Assembly (NCBI GenBank): GCA_963643725.1
Contig: CAVILR010000004.1
Location: 5,438-69,437, forward strand
Length of the DNA: 64,000 bases
Source: Lachnospiraceae bacterium
GTDB taxonomy: Bacteria > Bacillota_I > Bacilli_A > RFN20 > CAG-826
Reading direction: 5' to 3'
Shown: piece by piece, positions 28,400-43,518 of the stretch
How positions within the stretch are numbered: position 1 is the first letter of the stretch
How the letters are laid out: each line of letters begins with the position of its first letter
Notes under the pieces: model-generated
What the model saw: the letters and a program-made list of their open reading frames with translations, nothing else
The model's database searches: none
What the model was told of the DNA's origin: nothing
Made by a program: the position numbers and the translations under genes

Positions 28400-29830
28400 T
28401 TACCTTTCTTTAAGTTCATTGATCAATATGTCGTTAGTCATTTTCGGATTTACTTTGCCTTGGGTTTTCTTCATGACTTGACCGATTAAAAATCCTAAGG
28501 CTCTGCCCTTGCCTTCTTTATAATCTATAATGGCTTGAGGATTTGTATCCAACACTTCTAACACAACATTTTTAAGATAACCTTCATCGGATATTTGACT
28601 AGATATTCCTAATGCTTCTTTAGCTTTTAAGGCATCGATATTATCCTTAAGCATCTTTTCAAAAATCTCTTTAGCTTGATTAGAATTAACATCGCTAGTC
28701 TCAACGAGTTTAATTAGTCCAGCAAGAACATCTGCTTTCATAGGAAAATCGTTAATCTTTAAGAAATTTTTATTTAAGTAAGATGCAACATCAACATTTA
28801 GCCAGTTCGCTGCAAGTTTATACGCTTTTGTGTATTTAGTTAATTCATCAAAATACATTGAAACATCCTTGTCGGCGAGGAGAAGAGAAATATCGTATTC
28901 ATTTAAATGATATTCATCTTTATATCGTTTCATCTTGGATGAAGCTAATTCAGGGCAGGAAGCAATCGCCTCTTTAATAAATTCATCACTCAATTTAATC
29001 GGTGTAATGTTATCTTCAGGGAAATATTTATAATCGACTGCGTCGGTCTTAACGCGCATTAAAATGGTTTCATCTTTATTAGAGTCATATCGACGCGTCT
29101 CTTGGATAACTTTACCTCCATTATTTAAGATTTCGCTTTGGCGAGCGATTTCAAAATCGACGGCTTTTTGAATATAGGATATAGAGTTGATATTTTTAAT
29201 TTCAACCTTTGTTCCAAATGTATTTGAGCCTTTTTCTCTTAATGAAATATTGACATCACAACGCAAACTCCCCTCTTCCATCTTGCCATCGCTAACACCG
29301 CTATAAACGACGATGGAACGAATGGTTTCGACATATTTCATCGCTTCGGTACCACTTCTAATCTCTGGAAGCGAAACGATTTCGATTAATGGCGTTCCTG
29401 CTCGATTATAGTTAAGCAATGTGAAGTCGCTAAAATGAATTTGTTTGCACGTATCCTCTTCGATATGAAGACGTTCAATTCCGATTCGTTTTGTCTTTCC
29501 ATCAACTTCGATTTCAAGATAGCCTGAAGAGCCTATTGGTCGAAGGTTTTGTGTTATTTGATAACCCTTAGGGAGGTCGCTATAGAAATAATTTTTACGG
29601 TCAAAGTGAAGTTCGTTATCAATGTTCATATGTAATGCATTGCTAACTCGTATTGCGTAAATAACTGCTTCTTTATTAACCGTTGGCATCGTTCCAGGAA
29701 AGGCCATATCAAGGGGAACTACTTGGGTGTTAGGTTCTTTTCCATATGTAACAGGTGCTGAAGAAAACATCTTGCTCTTCGTATTTAATTCAACGTGGAT
29801 TTCAAGTCCAATAACTGGTTCAAATTCCAT
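28400..29830 (-). CDS. gatB: Asp/Glu-tRNA amidotransferase subunit B
   Basis: MEFEPVIGLEIHVEL..., DRKNYFYSDLPKGYQITQ, RCDVNIS. ATG at 29830 has GGTG 7 nt upstream. Confidence 0.95.
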   Translation of the reverse strand: MEFEPVIGLEIHVELNTKSKMFSSAPVTYGKEPNTQVVPLDMAFPGTMPTVNKEAVIYAIRVSNALHMNIDNELHFDRKNYFYSDLPKGYQITQNLRPIGSSGYLEIEVDGKTKRIGIERLHIEEDTCKQIHFSDFTLLNYNRAGTPLIEIVSLPEIRSGTEAMKYVETIRSIVVYSGVSDGKMEEGSLRCDVNISLREKGSNTFGTKVEIKNINSISYIQKAVDFEIARQSEILNNGGKVIQETRRYDSNKDETILMRVKTDAVDYKYFPEDNITPIKLSDEFIKEAIASCPELASSKMKRYKDEYHLNEYDISLLLADKDVSMYFDELTKYTKAYKLAANWLNVDVASYLNKNFLKINDFPMKADVLAGLIKLVETSDVNSNQAKEIFEKMLKDNIDALKAKEALGISSQISDEGYLKNVVLEVLDTNPQAIIDYKEGKGRALGFLIGQVMKKTQGKVNPKMTNDILINELKER

Positions 29831-29839
29831 AATATTCAC

Positions 29840-31294
29840 CTATTTAGCATGTAGCCCTTTCAAACCAGTAATATTCTCGATAGCTTTAGAAATTTGTAAA
29901 ACTTTTTTATCTTCAAATGCGCGGCCTGTTATATTTGCTCCAAAAGGTAAACCGTCTTTAAAACCAATTGGTAAGGTCAAAGAAGGCAAACCCGCGAAAT
30001 TAGCAATAACCAAATGATTATCAGCAACTAAATATTCTTCTGATAATCGGTCAGTTTTCTCGTCGAATTTAGGCGCGGTTGATGAAGATGCTGGAAGAAA
30101 AATAAAATCATTATCTTCTAAAACTTTATTAACCGCCTCGACGATGCGGCGTCTATTTCTTTGAGCTCTTAAAAATAAATCATTTTGATTTTCTTTCATC
30201 AAGGCAAATGAACCAAAGACGAAACGGCGTTTGATAAGTTCGCTAAAACCGTTGGTTCGAGCTTTCATCATAACTTCTTCGTATGTTTTGCCATCGTAAT
30301 ATTTGCCAAATTTGATGCCATCAAGATTGGCGTTATTACTCGTAGCTTCAGCGCAGGAGATAACAAAATATGTCGGGAATAAAGAAGTCAATAAATCTTC
30401 ATCCATATCGACATAATTCACTCTTAGACCTTGTTCAATTAATTTGTTAATGCATTTATTGAATTCATCCTTAATGCTCTTTTCAGAAATGGCGTTAATG
30501 ATTTGATTAATGACAGCAATTTTATAATTAGAAACAGGTTTATTAATTTCTGAATAATAATCGTCAACTGGTTTATTTGATGAGGTCGAATCCTTTTCAT
30601 CACGACCGGCGACAGCATTTAATAATATGGCGGCGTCATCGACTGAACGAGAAAAATAGCCAATTGTATCTAGTGATGGAGCAAAAGGAAATAAACCAAA
30701 TCGTGAGATGCGCGACCAAGTCGGTTTAAAGCCAACAAGCCCAGCAAAACTTGCAGGTTTTCGAATTGAATCGCCAGTATCACTACCTAAGGCAAATGGA
30801 ACGACTCCAGATGCGGTTAATGCGGCGCTACCAGAACTTGAACCGCCAATTTGATGAGTGTGAGTTTTATCATAAGGATTAAAGGTCGGACCTAGGTGTC
30901 CGCTGGTGCCAGTTCCGCCCATCGCAAGTTCGTCTAATGTACTTTTGCCAATAGGGATGGCTTTTTTAGCCAGCAATTTTTCGACAACAGTCGCCGTAAA
31001 GACAGGAACGTAGCCATTTAAAATATTACTACTGCCTGTACAAGGAACATCTTTTAAGGAAATGTTATCTTTGATGATAAATGGAATTCCCCACAATAAA
31101 TTTTCAGCATCGACTTCACCGATATTTTTAGCCATTTCAATAGCTTCTTTTTCTAAGATATGTTCAAAAGCGTTATTCGTATCTTCTTTAGCGAGTTTTA
31201 AAACGTGTTCAACCACTTCTAAAGGTGTCGTCTTCTTTGCGACATATAAGTCGTGAAGTTCTTTAATCGATAAGTCGGCGTAATTATTTATCAT
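29840..31294 (-). CDS. gatA: Glu-tRNA(Gln) amidotransferase subunit A
   Basis: Amidase signature GGSSSGSAAL..GSDTGDSIRKPA. Positioned between gatC and gatB. Confidence 0.95.
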   Translation of the reverse strand: MINNYADLSIKELHDLYVAKKTTPLEVVEHVLKLAKEDTNNAFEHILEKEAIEMAKNIGEVDAENLLWGIPFIIKDNISLKDVPCTGSSNILNGYVPVFTATVVEKLLAKKAIPIGKSTLDELAMGGTGTSGHLGPTFNPYDKTHTHQIGGSSSGSAALTASGVVPFALGSDTGDSIRKPASFAGLVGFKPTWSRISRFGLFPFAPSLDTIGYFSRSVDDAAILLNAVAGRDEKDSTSSNKPVDDYYSEINKPVSNYKIAVINQIINAISEKSIKDEFNKCINKLIEQGLRVNYVDMDEDLLTSLFPTYFVISCAEATSNNANLDGIKFGKYYDGKTYEEVMMKARTNGFSELIKRRFVFGSFALMKENQNDLFLRAQRNRRRIVEAVNKVLEDNDFIFLPASSSTAPKFDEKTDRLSEEYLVADNHLVIANFAGLPSLTLPIGFKDGLPFGANITGRAFEDKKVLQISKAIENITGLKGLHAK

Positions 31295-31587
31295 TGGACA
31301 ACCTTCGGCAATTTAATTTGTCCGCCAACTTTATTGTTCGCGTTTCTTAATGCTTCTTCTCGAGTAAGAGGTGTAGTTGGAACATCTTCTCTTAAATAAG
31401 AAGTTGTGCAATCAAAAGGAAAAGTCATCGGCGAATATTTATCAATTTCTGGATGCTCACCAATCACATTCATTTGTTTAATGATGATTGAAAATTCATC
31501 TAGAAGAGTATCATATTCTTCTTCTGACATATCAAATAGCAGTCTATGAGCTGCATCTTTAAGAACTTCTTTGTTATATGCTTTCAT
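31291..31587 (-). CDS. gatC: Asp/Glu-tRNA amidotransferase subunit C
   Basis: About 98 aa, LREDVP motif, stop overlaps the gatA start (ATGA). Start trimmed to MKAYNKE. Confidence 0.85.
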   Translation of the reverse strand: MKAYNKEVLKDAAHRLLFDMSEEEYDTLLDEFSIIIKQMNVIGEHPEIDKYSPMTFPFDCTTSYLREDVPTTPLTREEALRNANNKVGGQIKLPKVVQ

Positions 31588-31610
31588 AATTAGCCACAAT
31601 AATAGCACAA

Positions 31611-35848
<4,238 letters not shown>

Positions 35849-35888
35849 CTTATTACTATGTAATAGTCTAGCATAATAAGGTATCTAC

Positions 35889-36338
35889 TTAAAGATGCAA
35901 TTCATTAGAAATTTTAGTTTCTCCATAAAGATTTAAAACAACTTTTCCTTCTTCGATTTTAATTAATGAAGGAAAGCCTTTAATAGATAATTCACTAGAT
36001 GAGCTAACGCCAATTGTGTTATCAACTTCTCCTTTTAAAATTGTATCTTTACTATCTTCGTAAAAATATAGATTGTCGTTATTTATCGCATATTCAATTA
36101 TTGCATTTTTAAGTGATGCGCAATGGCTACAAGTCAATGAATAGCAATAAACAAAATATGGCGTTTTTGCCTCGAAAAATATGCAATTCCAGGTTATTTT
36201 CTTATCGCTAACCTCATTATAATCATGTTCTTTTGTTGAATTAATAGTCTCGCTTTGTCCATTGCTCGATATATTAAAATGGCTGTTACAACTAGTGAGT
36301 AAAATGGTGGATATAAATATATAAATAAATTTTTTCAT
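35889..36338 (-). CDS. lipoprotein with thioredoxin-like fold
   Basis: Lipobox LLTSC after a signal peptide. CSHC redox motif in the context YSLTCSHCASL. Confidence 0.6.
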   Translation of the reverse strand: MKKFIYIFISTILLTSCNSHFNISSNGQSETINSTKEHDYNEVSDKKITWNCIFFEAKTPYFVYCYSLTCSHCASLKNAIIEYAINNDNLYFYEDSKDTILKGEVDNTIGVSSSSELSIKGFPSLIKIEEGKVVLNLYGETKISNELHL

Positions 36339-36428
36339 GAACTCATTTTATCGATAAGAGCATTAATTAAAAGGGGTGCAATGCAATAGTGAGACTAAGA
36401 GGATAATTTTTCATGATACAATAGTTTC

Positions 36429-37334
36429 ATGAAAATCTTTTCTAAAAGAGAGACAATAGCCCAGAACATCGCCTTAATGGGTTTAATGTCGGCGATTAAT
36501 ATAATAATTTCGGTTTTTTCTTCTCTTTTTCCTGCTCTATCTATTTTTATCGTCTTGCTTTTGCCCTTAACAAGCGTTCTCGTTGAAATATATTGTAAAG
36601 ACCGTTATTACCCAATATATGCCTTTGCAACCTTTGGTCTTGCCCTAGTGGCCACGTTATGGAATATGGAAACAACTATCTTTTATCTTCTTCCTAGTTT
36701 GATCACCGGCTACGTATTTGGCTTATTGAATAAATTAAAAGTTTTGCCGTTATATTCGATAATAACGGCAAGTTTAATTCAAATGGGATTTACATTTATT
36801 TCTATTCCGTTAATCAATTTCGTATTTGATGTCGATATAATCATGACGTTCAAAACAGCATTTAATTTAGTAAATTCACAAAATATCGATGTCATAATTC
36901 CTTCATTTATCTTTGCGATATCTTTAATTCAAACTTCATTGTCTTACGCCATTATTTCAAATGAATTTAATAAATTGAACATTGACGAAAATCATTCGTC
37001 TTCTCTTCAATGGATTTATCAATGTTTAATCATGTTTTTGCTTATCGTGATGTTTGCTATTTCCTTTGTTTCACTTAAAACAGCGTATATATTGCTTCTA
37101 ATCACTATTTATTTTGCTGTCTTTGTCGTCATCGATTTTATTGAAGAAAAATATTTTTATACATTAATTGTCTTCGCCTTTGGTTTAGTTATTAATATAA
37201 TCGTATTTGCTATCGCTAATGAAAAAATGCCGACTAATTCGTCATTATTGCTAATTGGCATTACTCCTTTTTGGATTAGTTTTATCTCGACGATAGTCTC
37301 TTTCTTGAAAAGAAAAAGCAACAAAGTAAAATAA
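36429..37334 (+). CDS. polytopic membrane protein, unknown function
   Basis: 301 aa with about 8 hydrophobic helices. First of three tightly packed membrane-protein genes. Confidence 0.5.
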   Translation: MKIFSKRETIAQNIALMGLMSAINIIISVFSSLFPALSIFIVLLLPLTSVLVEIYCKDRYYPIYAFATFGLALVATLWNMETTIFYLLPSLITGYVFGLLNKLKVLPLYSIITASLIQMGFTFISIPLINFVFDVDIIMTFKTAFNLVNSQNIDVIIPSFIFAISLIQTSLSYAIISNEFNKLNIDENHSSSLQWIYQCLIMFLLIVMFAISFVSLKTAYILLLITIYFAVFVVIDFIEEKYFYTLIVFAFGLVINIIVFAIANEKMPTNSSLLLIGITPFWISFISTIVSFLKRKSNKVK

Positions 37335-37338
37335 AAAT

Positions 37339-37851
37339 ATGGCAAGTTTTTTTAAAACATTCTTCCTCGGCATCCTAGTAACGATATTGCTGCCTTTAAT
37401 CGCAGTTGTTCTAGCTCTATTTTTTGTCTACTGCTTATTAGTTTTTCTATATATGTCAATTAAATGCATCATCATCTTTTTCTCCGGCGGCGCACCAATG
37501 GGAGATTTAAAGGAAGATATCGAGGCAAAAGATATTTTGAAAAAGCGCGCAGCAGCGATTAATCAGCCTTTATATAACGCTTCACTGAATAACACTTATC
37601 CTCCAGGAAATTATCCAAATCAAAATCCGTCACAAAATACGCCAATTAATCTATACCCTTCTCAACAACAAGAGAATATTCAAGGCCAAATTAATGCTCA
37701 ACCACTTCAAACAAACGCGAATGTTCTTCCAAGCGGAAACATAGTAAATGATAATCAACCTTCTTCAATTAATCCCGTTCAAGAAACACCGGTAAATAAT
37801 AAAGAAGAATCAGAATTTTTTCCAAACAAAGTTAAGGACGACGATTTATGA
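37339..37851 (+). CDS. membrane protein with Q/N/P-rich low-complexity tail
   Basis: Two N-terminal TM helices, then NQPLYNASLNNTYPPGNYPNQNPSQNTPINLYPSQQQENIQGQ. The TGA stop overlaps the next ATG. Confidence 0.5.
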   Translation: MASFFKTFFLGILVTILLPLIAVVLALFFVYCLLVFLYMSIKCIIIFFSGGAPMGDLKEDIEAKDILKKRAAAINQPLYNASLNNTYPPGNYPNQNPSQNTPINLYPSQQQENIQGQINAQPLQTNANVLPSGNIVNDNQPSSINPVQETPVNNKEESEFFPNKVKDDDL

Positions 37852-38498
37852 TTACGTTAATTAAATTAACTGAAAATGATAAACGCTTAATTATTGTACT
37901 TTTACTTGTTCTCATCCTCCTTTTTGTTATAGTCGGCTATCTATCTTTGTTAGTGAAGAAAGTCATGAAAACGCAAGCCAATAAAATGGAGGATATGGTT
38001 CATGATGTCGTAATAACAGGCGTCGTCATCGAACCAAAGCATCTCATAAAATATGGTATTAAGAAAAATCATCAGCAATTATTTAAAGCTAGTTGGATTC
38101 CATTTTTGATAATGTTAACTTCTGCAACGGTATTATTCTTGTATTGTTTATTTAATCAAAATTGGTCAGTCGATGTATTTGACCACGAAAAATATGGTAT
38201 TGGAACATTGTTTTATATTCTCGATTGGAAAAATGCTCCTAAAAGCAATTTCTTTGGGATGGAAATAATATCAAATTGGCCTGAAGTTATTTCTACCCCG
38301 CACTGGTCTAACGAGGCGTGGGCATCTTATATTTTTGTACCTGGTATGCTCATCGGGGGCATATGGTATTTAGTTTCAGTTCAAGCTTATATCGCTAGAT
38401 TTTATCGATTAATAAAATTATCGAAAACAATATTTAACAAATCACTAAACAATTTTGATCCTGGTTCTTCACCAAGACCTCCAATAAATCCTGAATAA
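37848..38498 (+). CDS. membrane protein, unknown function
   Basis: 216 aa with 3-4 TM helices. Translationally coupled to the preceding gene (ATGA). Confidence 0.5.
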   Translation: MITLIKLTENDKRLIIVLLLVLILLFVIVGYLSLLVKKVMKTQANKMEDMVHDVVITGVVIEPKHLIKYGIKKNHQQLFKASWIPFLIMLTSATVLFLYCLFNQNWSVDVFDHEKYGIGTLFYILDWKNAPKSNFFGMEIISNWPEVISTPHWSNEAWASYIFVPGMLIGGIWYLVSVQAYIARFYRLIKLSKTIFNKSLNNFDPGSSPRPPINPE

Positions 38499-38639
38499 TT
38501 ATTTGCTGAAGAAAACAATTTCTTCGTAAATTAATATAGCTAATAAAATTAAGGCTATAAGTAAAAGAAACATAAACACGCGATTCCTTGATCGCTGTTT
38601 TTTATCTAATTGAATTTGATTTAATTCTTCTTCGTTCAT
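38499..38639 (-). CDS. possible 46-aa single-TM peptide
   Basis: Below the ORF-track cut-off. MNEEELNQIQLDKKQRSRNRVFMFLLLIALILLAILIYEEIVFFSK. Its ATG lies 3 nt after the asnS stop. No clear RBS. Confidence 0.3.
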   Translation of the reverse strand: MNEEELNQIQLDKKQRSRNRVFMFLLLIALILLAILIYEEIVFFSK

Positions 38640-38642
38640 AAA

Positions 38643-40037
38643 TTAATATTTGATTGGTTCATGAGTTCTTGGGAATGGTTGAACATCGCGAATGTTGCTC
38701 ATCCCTGTCACATACATCAGTAATCTATCAAATCCGATGCCAAATCCAGCGTGCTTACAACCGCCATATTTACGCAAATCTAAATACCATTCTAAGCCCT
38801 TTAAACAATGGCATTCTTCCATTCGTTTTTTAAGTAAATCGAAACGCTCTTCTCTTTGAGAACCGCCGACAAGTTCACCAACGCCAGGAACTAATAAGTC
38901 GCACGCTGCAACCGTTTTTCCATCATCATTAGCTCTCATATAGAAAGCTTTTAATTCTTTAGGATAATCGGTAACAAAAACCGGTCCTTTAAAGACAACT
39001 TCAGTAATATAACGTTCATGTTCGCTTTGTAAATCCATGCCCCAAACGATATCGTTATTTACAAACTTATGGCCATTTTTCACGGCTTCCTCTAATTTAG
39101 CAATCGCTTCAGTATAGCTAATGCGTTTAAATTCGCTATGAAGGACATGATGAAGTCGTTCGATTAATGACTTATCTATAAAATTGTTGAAAAATTCGAT
39201 TTCATCTTTACACTGATGCAAAGCGACATCGATGCAATGTTTCAAACATTCTTCAATAACTTCCATATCATCGTTTAAATCCGCGAAGGCGATTTCTGGT
39301 TCAATCATCCAGAATTCCGATGCGTGACGAGTTGTATTTGAATGTTCCGCGCGGAATGTCGGGCCAAATGTATAAACGTCGCGGAAGGCTAAAGCAAAGG
39401 CTTCCACATGAAGTTGACCTGAAACAGTTAAAGAAACAGGTTTACCAAAGAATGGTTCTTTATCATTAGTGATAACATTAAAAGTCGAGCCCGCGCCTTC
39501 TGCATCGTTGCCAGTTATAATTGGCGTATGAACATACATAAATCCTCTTTCTTGGAAAAATTCATGAATCGCCATCGACATGGCGTTACGCATTCTAAAG
39601 ACGGCATTAAAGGTGTTCGCACGTGGTCTTAAATGTGCAATATCCCTTAAAAACTCCAGCGAATGAGCTTTCTTTTGCAATGGATAATCACTCGCTACAT
39701 CCCCATCAAGTTCAAATTCACTTACGCGTATTTCGAATGGTTGTTTAGCATTTGGAGTTAAAACAAATTTGCCGATAACTGAGATCGCGGCGCCGGTATT
39801 AAGATGAGCAAGTTCTTTATAATCTTTTGTATTTTCATCATAGACAAGTTGAACATTCTTAAAACATGTTCCATCGTTTAAAGCTATAAAGCCAATCGAA
39901 CCGTTGTCGCGGTTAGTCCTTATCCACCCTTCAACAAATACTTCATCTAATGAATCTAATATCTTTTTCATTTCTTCATCATCAGGATTTCTTATAAGCA
40001 TATATAAATCGCTGACTGTAACACCGGTTGTTTCCAT
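38643..40037 (-). CDS. asnS: asparaginyl-tRNA synthetase
   Basis: Class IIb motifs [26 protein letters not shown]. The ATG at 40037 is preceded by GGAGGG. Confidence 0.95.
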   Translation of the reverse strand: METTGVTVSDLYMLIRNPDDEEMKKILDSLDEVFVEGWIRTNRDNGSIGFIALNDGTCFKNVQLVYDENTKDYKELAHLNTGAAISVIGKFVLTPNAKQPFEIRVSEFELDGDVASDYPLQKKAHSLEFLRDIAHLRPRANTFNAVFRMRNAMSMAIHEFFQERGFMYVHTPIITGNDAEGAGSTFNVITNDKEPFFGKPVSLTVSGQLHVEAFALAFRDVYTFGPTFRAEHSNTTRHASEFWMIEPEIAFADLNDDMEVIEECLKHCIDVALHQCKDEIEFFNNFIDKSLIERLHHVLHSEFKRISYTEAIAKLEEAVKNGHKFVNNDIVWGMDLQSEHERYITEVVFKGPVFVTDYPKELKAFYMRANDDGKTVAACDLLVPGVGELVGGSQREERFDLLKKRMEECHCLKGLEWYLDLRKYGGCKHAGFGIGFDRLLMYVTGMSNIRDVQPFPRTHEPIKY

Positions 40038-40089
40038 AACTAAACCCTCCAAAGTATTAACATTATAGCAAACTAGTTATAACTAGTAA

Positions 40090-41100
40090 TTAGAATGATT
40101 TATATTTATCAATCCGCCAATTGGGATCACAAGAAACATCTAAACTAGCAAATATTTTCATCGAATATAGATGCGAAGCGAGTTTAACAATCATTGCCGC
40201 ATTATCGGTCGTGCACCAAATAGGCGGAACAATTAAATCGATTCCACTATTATCAAGACGCTCATGCATTTTTTCTCGTAAATATGAATTCGCGGAAACA
40301 CCGCCAGCGAGAACAACTTGCTTAATATCGTATCTTTTAATAGCTTTGTCTAAGCGATCCATAATCATTGAAATTGCCACATCTTGGAATGATTTGCATA
40401 AATCAGGAACATTAATTTCATGACCTTTTTGCTTTTCGTTATTAACCAAATTTATAACCGCAGTTTTAAGCCCAGAATACGAAAAATTTAGTGAATCATC
40501 GTGAAGAGGAAACGGCAATTTATAAGTATGTTTCCCTTCCTTAGATAATTTATCAATAGGAATTCCACCAGGATAAGGAAGACCAAGTGTTCTTGCGACT
40601 TTATCAAAGCATTCACCGATCGCGTCATCTTTAGTTTCGCCAATAATTTCAAAATCCATCGACTCTTTCATATAGACAAATTCAGTGTTTCCACCGCTCA
40701 CAACGATAGATAAAAGAGGAAATTTTAATGGTTTAACAAATTCATTCGCATAAATATGTGCAGCTAAATGATGCACAGGAATAAGCGGTTTTTTATAAAG
40801 CATCGCTAGTGTCTTCGCAACTTGCATGCCGATATGAAGTGCTCCAACGAGGCCAGGGCCGCGAGTAAAAGCAAAAGCATCGACATCTTCTAATTTAATA
40901 TTGGCTTTTGTTAAGGCCTCATCTAAAACATACAAAACATTTTCCGCGTGTAGTCTAGAAGCGAGCTCAGGCATAACACCGCCGAACTTTTGATGCATGC
41001 TTATTTGGGTGGCCACAACATTTGAAAGGAGCTCGCCATCTTTAATAACTGCAATCGCGGTTTCATCACAACTTGATTCAATTCCTAAAATAATAGCCAT
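40090..41100 (-). CDS. tsaD: tRNA N6-threonylcarbamoyladenosine synthase TsaD
   Basis: ILGIESSCDETA, HHLAAHI, VLAGGVSAN. Confidence 0.95.
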   Translation of the reverse strand: MAIILGIESSCDETAIAVIKDGELLSNVVATQISMHQKFGGVMPELASRLHAENVLYVLDEALTKANIKLEDVDAFAFTRGPGLVGALHIGMQVAKTLAMLYKKPLIPVHHLAAHIYANEFVKPLKFPLLSIVVSGGNTEFVYMKESMDFEIIGETKDDAIGECFDKVARTLGLPYPGGIPIDKLSKEGKHTYKLPFPLHDDSLNFSYSGLKTAVINLVNNEKQKGHEINVPDLCKSFQDVAISMIMDRLDKAIKRYDIKQVVLAGGVSANSYLREKMHERLDNSGIDLIVPPIWCTTDNAAMIVKLASHLYSMKIFASLDVSCDPNWRIDKYKSF

Positions 41101-41103
41101 AAT

Positions 41104-41547
41104 TTACATCCTCTTCACCATATAAATGGCATCTTCCCCGTCTTTATAATAATGAGGTTTTAAACATATGTCCTCAAAACCAAATTTATGATACAAATTA
41201 ATCGCTGGAACATTAGATTTACGGACTTCTAAGGTGATAAATTCAACTTTTTCTTCGCCACTTGAAGGTAGCAATGAAATCATCTTCTCTAATAATGAGG
41301 AGGCAATTTCTTGATGACGATAATTCTCATTAACCGCTATTTGAACAATTGATGAAGAATTAAAAGTTACGATATAATCGAGATACCCCACGATTTTGTT
41401 ATCGCTAATAGCAACTAAAAAAACATTGACTGGATTTTTAGATAATTCATAGGCGATGTCTTCTTCTTTCCAAGGCTCATGAAAACATTCCTTTTGCAAA
41501 GAATAAATAACCTTTAAATCTTCTAATGACGCTTTACGAATTATCAT
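41104..41547 (-). CDS. rimI: GNAT acetyltransferase, RimI-type
   Basis: 147-aa GNAT fold (VNENYRHQEIASSLL) in the conserved tsaE-tsaB-rimI-tsaD arrangement. Confidence 0.8.
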   Translation of the reverse strand: MIIRKASLEDLKVIYSLQKECFHEPWKEEDIAYELSKNPVNVFLVAISDNKIVGYLDYIVTFNSSSIVQIAVNENYRHQEIASSLLEKMISLLPSSGEEKVEFITLEVRKSNVPAINLYHKFGFEDICLKPHYYKDGEDAIYMVKRM

Positions 41548-42137
41548 TTTACAAGATCCTTAAGATAAATAGGATTTAGCGAGAATATATCTTTAACAAG
41601 ATTTTTATCATTTATCGAATTTGCTAAATTTAATGGAATATTATATTCAACGCTTTTTTTATTAAAGACGTCGCTATCTCCTGATAGAAGGAAATTAGGA
41701 TGCTCATCAATATATTTAGCAACTTCTTCATTTGGCAATACTTTGTCTGCAACAAGTTGTTTTTCGCCTTCATAAACCGCGAAATAGGAACGCCCACTTC
41801 TTGCGTTAAATAAACAAATTGTTGGTGAATTACCATGTTTTAATAAGGAAAGAGAACTAACTTTATATAATTTAATCTTTAAGGCATAAGCCATAACCTT
41901 GGCGATTGTTAAGGAAATTCTAACGCCAGTATATGAACCAGGTCCAATGCCGACGACGATAGCGTCGAGCTCTTCTTTTGCTACTTTATTTCTATTTAAG
42001 ATGTTATCGATTTCGCTAACCATAACCTCGCTTTGTCTTTGCCATGCTTCATAGAAAATAGAGTCATATAAAACACCATCTTTAGCTAAGGCGACAGTTA
42101 AATATTTATTTGATGAGTCTAGTAATAATTCAAACAT
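41544..42137 (-). CDS. tsaB: t6A biosynthesis protein TsaB
   Basis: LLDSSNKYLTVAL, GPGSYTGVRI. Overlaps both neighbours. Confidence 0.85.
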   Translation of the reverse strand: MFELLLDSSNKYLTVALAKDGVLYDSIFYEAWQRQSEVMVSEIDNILNRNKVAKEELDAIVVGIGPGSYTGVRISLTIAKVMAYALKIKLYKVSSLSLLKHGNSPTICLFNARSGRSYFAVYEGEKQLVADKVLPNEEVAKYIDEHPNFLLSGDSDVFNKKSVEYNIPLNLANSINDKNLVKDIFSLNPIYLKDLVK

Positions 42138-42598
42138 TATTTGTTCTCCAAAAGTTCAAAAATCTCTTTATAGAATTTATCATCAGAAGAAATGGTAATC
42201 CTGCGCTTATCATCATCGATTCGAACTAAATCAATATTTAAATGTTTCGCTGGAATCAAATCTTTGATAAACATTGGCCATTCGATAAAGGTTATGCCAT
42301 CGCCTTCAATAAATTCTTCTAAGCCTAAATCGGTATTCGCATCTTCTAATCTATACGCATCAATATGATAAACAGGAGGTTTAACCTCAAAATAACATTT
42401 TAAAATATTAAAGGTGGGCGAAATGACGTGCTCTTTGTAGCCTAATTCATTTAGCACGCCTCCAACAAATGTTGTTTTGCCCGCGCCTAAATCACCAGTT
42501 AATAAAATCACATCACCCCTAGTAAAGTGAGTCGCTAATTTTCTAGCTAGATTAATTGTGTCTAGTTCATTGCTACTAATATAAGAATAGATTTTCAT
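42137..42598 (-). CDS. tsaE: t6A biosynthesis ATPase TsaE
   Basis: LTGDLGAGKTTF Walker A, SPTFNI, HIDAYRL. Confidence 0.9.
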   Translation of the reverse strand: MKIYSYISSNELDTINLARKLATHFTRGDVILLTGDLGAGKTTFVGGVLNELGYKEHVISPTFNILKCYFEVKPPVYHIDAYRLEDANTDLGLEEFIEGDGITFIEWPMFIKDLIPAKHLNIDLVRIDDDKRRITISSDDKFYKEIFELLENK

Positions 42599-42642
42599 AA
42601 TTTGACTTGTTTATTATATAACTTTGTTATACTTTTATTAAC

Positions 42643-43518
42643 ATGAAACGCAAAGTCATAATCATTGGAGGTGGGCCAATCGGCTTATACGCCGCCTCAA
42701 AGTTAGATGATTATTTGCTAATTGAAGCTTCTACAAATCTCGGAGGTCAGCTAACTAGACTTTATCCAGAAAAGGAAATTGTGGATATTCCTAACATTCC
42801 ATCAATAACCGCAAAAGAATATATCGAATTGCTCAAAAATAAAATCGATCTATCAAAAGTTCATTTAAACGAAAAGGCCATCGATATCATCCCTGGAAAA
42901 CCAATAATCGTTAAAACAAATAAAGATGAATATGAATGTGATTATCTAATTGTTTCAACAGGTTTAGGCTTCTCTACACCAAGAAAATTAGGAATCGAAG
43001 GCGAAGATGAATGCAAAAACATTCTCTATCATCTAAGCGACTATAAATTCTTGAAAGATAAAAATGTAACCATCTTCGGCGGAGGCGACTCCGCGCTAGA
43101 TTGGGCGAAAGAATTATCAAAAATATCCGATAGAATATCATTAATTCATAGAAGAAGAGAATTTAGAGGCAACAAGGATACGATTAAAGATTCAAAAAAT
43201 CTAAAACTATATCTTCCATATGTGCCATATTCATTAAATGTAAAAGATAATTTAGCCAAATCCATCACCATAAAAAATGTCGAAAATGATGAATTAATCA
43301 CTCTTGATGTCGATTATATTTTAGTAAATTATGGTAATATCGCAGAAATAACGAATTTTCCATTAGAAAAAGAAAATAATTTCTTCCTAGTAGATAAAAA
43401 CTATCGCTCAAAAGATTGTATCTTTGTTGTCGGCGATGCCTCGACATATAACAATAAAAAAAGACGTATCGCTCCAGGAAACGAGGAAGTCGATACGATA
43501 ATAAAGTTTATCAGTTAA
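42643..43518 (+). CDS. TrxR-like ferredoxin-NADP+ reductase (YumC type), short form
   Basis: IIIGGGPIGLYAA, GGQLTRLYPEK, second dinucleotide site FGGGDSALDWA, no CxxC redox pair. Confidence 0.75.
   Translation: MKRKVIIIGGGPIGLYAASKLDDYLLIEASTNLGGQLTRLYPEKEIVDIPNIPSITAKEYIELLKNKIDLSKVHLNEKAIDIIPGKPIIVKTNKDEYECDYLIVSTGLGFSTPRKLGIEGEDECKNILYHLSDYKFLKDKNVTIFGGGDSALDWAKELSKISDRISLIHRRREFRGNKDTIKDSKNLKLYLPYVPYSLNVKDNLAKSITIKNVENDELITLDVDYILVNYGNIAEITNFPLEKENNFFLVDKNYRSKDCIFVVGDASTYNNKKRRIAPGNEEVDTIIKFIS

Noticed and set aside
37848-37851. Mycoplasma-type genetic code (TGA read as Trp)
   Set aside because: TGA clearly terminates well-defined genes (37849-37851; the gmhA stop at 17798-17800), and Trp is encoded by TGG throughout. 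The standard code 11 fits all conserved proteins.
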